A stretch of DNA of 58,494 bases from a virus. Taxonomy: Duplodnaviria > Caudoviricetes. The translations under genes were made by a program, and so were the position numbers. The notes under the pieces were generated by a model. It saw nothing but the letters and a program-made list of their open reading frames with translations, was not told where the DNA came from and ran no database searches. The stretch covers positions 1 to 58,494 of IMG/VR virus record IMGVR_UViG_3300032163_000016. One strand, 5' to 3'. Shown piece by piece: positions 57,154 to 58,494 of this stretch. Position 1 is the stretch's first letter, and every line of letters begins with the position of its first letter.

Positions 57154-58494
57154 GATATTGCTGTTGACGGTTCTGGCGAGTTCGATGCTGTTCAGCCAGA
57201 AATCGCAGAAGTACGGAATCGACACGCTCGATGCCTACCTGAAGGCGGCTATCACGTTCATCAAGCCGATTCAGATTGAAACCATCATGCCACGTTATGG
57301 GGGCGCAAACCAAGGAATCACCATCGGGCGCGATACGACTTGGATGCGGATATACGGGGATTCAACACTATTTTATGCGGGCGGTACTCTGCGAACACGA
57401 TTCGATTCAAGTGGATGGAAAACCTACGCTTCTAAGACAGATGATGCTCAATCATTAGTCAATCTTACCGCAGCGACACCAACGGTTCAACAACATTCTC
57501 CATTTTTAAGATTAAGTGCTAATGCTTGGGATCCAACATCAGGCACATCGAAAACCATTACTTGGAGAATACAAAATCAAGCATTTGCGTCTGCGGGGCC
57601 CGGGGGTGGTGTTCTGGTTGCCAAAGTATCGAAATCAGGTTCTGATGATATTATACCATTCGCGATTGACGAACAAGGCCGCGCGTATTTCGGTACGTTC
57701 ACCGGACAAAATTTCAGCGGATACAACGTTATCCTTGCGGGGAATACAACAGTCGGATGGATAAGCAATGGAGTCACCGGGAATCTTGATGTCAATGGTC
57801 AGGTGAGAATCGGAAACAATTCTGAATCACCATTCACAGGCTATTTGATTCTGTATGATGATGCGGCACATGCGGGGACACTATATACTACGACACTCTC
57901 AGGAAATCAAGTTTATACTCTGCCTGATTCAAGTGGCACGATTGCACTGATAGCTAATACGAAAGCAGAGACGAAAGCCCAGATCATTGACAGTTTGAAT
58001 GCCGCGATTCCGTCGGGAATAATGCTTACGCAGGCAATCTACACCACCGGCTCGATCACTTCAACCTCGGAACAGGGCGTAGTTATTGGCAGCACAACTC
58101 AAGATGGCACTTTGACATTATGGAGTCCAACCTATGACTATCTAGGTGTGCTTTCTCCGGCCACACTTACTGGTGGACGAGCTTGGACAATGCCGAATGC
58201 GAGCGGCACGGTCATCACAACAGGCAATCTCTTAAACATAACGGCAACCAGTCCACTTGCAGACAGTTGCCTTGCCACAATTTCGACAGCTGGAAAGGTT
58301 TCAGGAAGCGCGATCACAACTGATAACATTTACACATCTGGCTCGATCACTTCAACCTCGGAACAGGGCGTAGTTATTGGCAGCACAACTCAAGATGGCA
58401 CTTTGACATTATGGAGTCCAACCTATGACTATCTAGGTGTGCTTTCTCCGGCCACACTTACTGGTGGACGAGCTTGGACAATGCCGAATGCGAG
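57134..58494 (+). CDS. Tail fibre/adhesin, 5' part with signal peptide (missed by the ORF track; continues at position 156 after circularisation)
   Basis: TTG 57134 after AAGGTG; MRRSFSKILLLTVLASSMLFS|QKSQ...; no stop to the window end; same frame as the repeat core at 58340. Confidence 0.8.
   Translation, partial: MRRSFSKILLLTVLASSMLFSQKSQKYGIDTLDAYLKAAITFIKPIQIETIMPRYGGANQGITIGRDTTWMRIYGDSTLFYAGGTLRTRFDSSGWKTYASKTDDAQSLVNLTAATPTVQQHSPFLRLSANAWDPTSGTSKTITWRIQNQAFASAGPGGGVLVAKVSKSGSDDIIPFAIDEQGRAYFGTFTGQNFSGYNVILAGNTTVGWISNGVTGNLDVNGQVRIGNNSESPFTGYLILYDDAAHAGTLYTTTLSGNQVYTLPDSSGTIALIANTKAETKAQIIDSLNAAIPSGIMLTQAIYTTGSITSTSEQGVVIGSTTQDGTLTLWSPTYDYLGVLSPATLTGGRAWTMPNASGTVITTGNLLNITATSPLADSCLATISTAGKVSGSAITTDNIYTSGSITSTSEQGVVIGSTTQDGTLTLWSPTYDYLGVLSPATLTGGRAWTMPNA
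58340..58494. repeat. Terminal direct repeat (identical to 1-155)
   Basis: Exact match. Confidence 0.9.

Overview
This window looks like a near-complete ~58.3-kb tailed dsDNA phage genome with podovirus-like architecture. Bases 1-155 equal 58340-58494, so the contig closes, but inside a repeat. The order on the + strand is: tail fibre (split across the ends), ejection proteins including a 2599-aa polyvalent protein with adenine MTase and ART-PolyVal domains, a lysis block, a divergent regulatory switch, a recombination module (Cas4-like exonuclease), an accessory region rich in DNA methyltransferases and HNH nucleases, terminase, portal, scaffold, major capsid, and adaptor/nozzle tail genes. 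I recognised no integrase, DNA polymerase, primase, helicase, tRNA or CRISPR array. The most notable observations are: (1) two arrays of integron-like gene cassettes (27.8-30.9 kb) with GTT...AAC ends, cassette-specific terminal inverted repeats, attC-like linkers that carry in-frame leader peptides, and a shared 56-bp end element, with no integrase on the phage; (2) six genes in the virion module with Sec-type signal peptides, five followed by Gln; (3) HNH endonucleases overprinted inside two MTase genes without breaking the host frame; (4) a 132-bp antisense copy of the exonuclease gene embedded in frame in an MTase gene; (5) two candidate structured non-coding RNAs. All family assignments come from motif recognition by eye, not from database searches.
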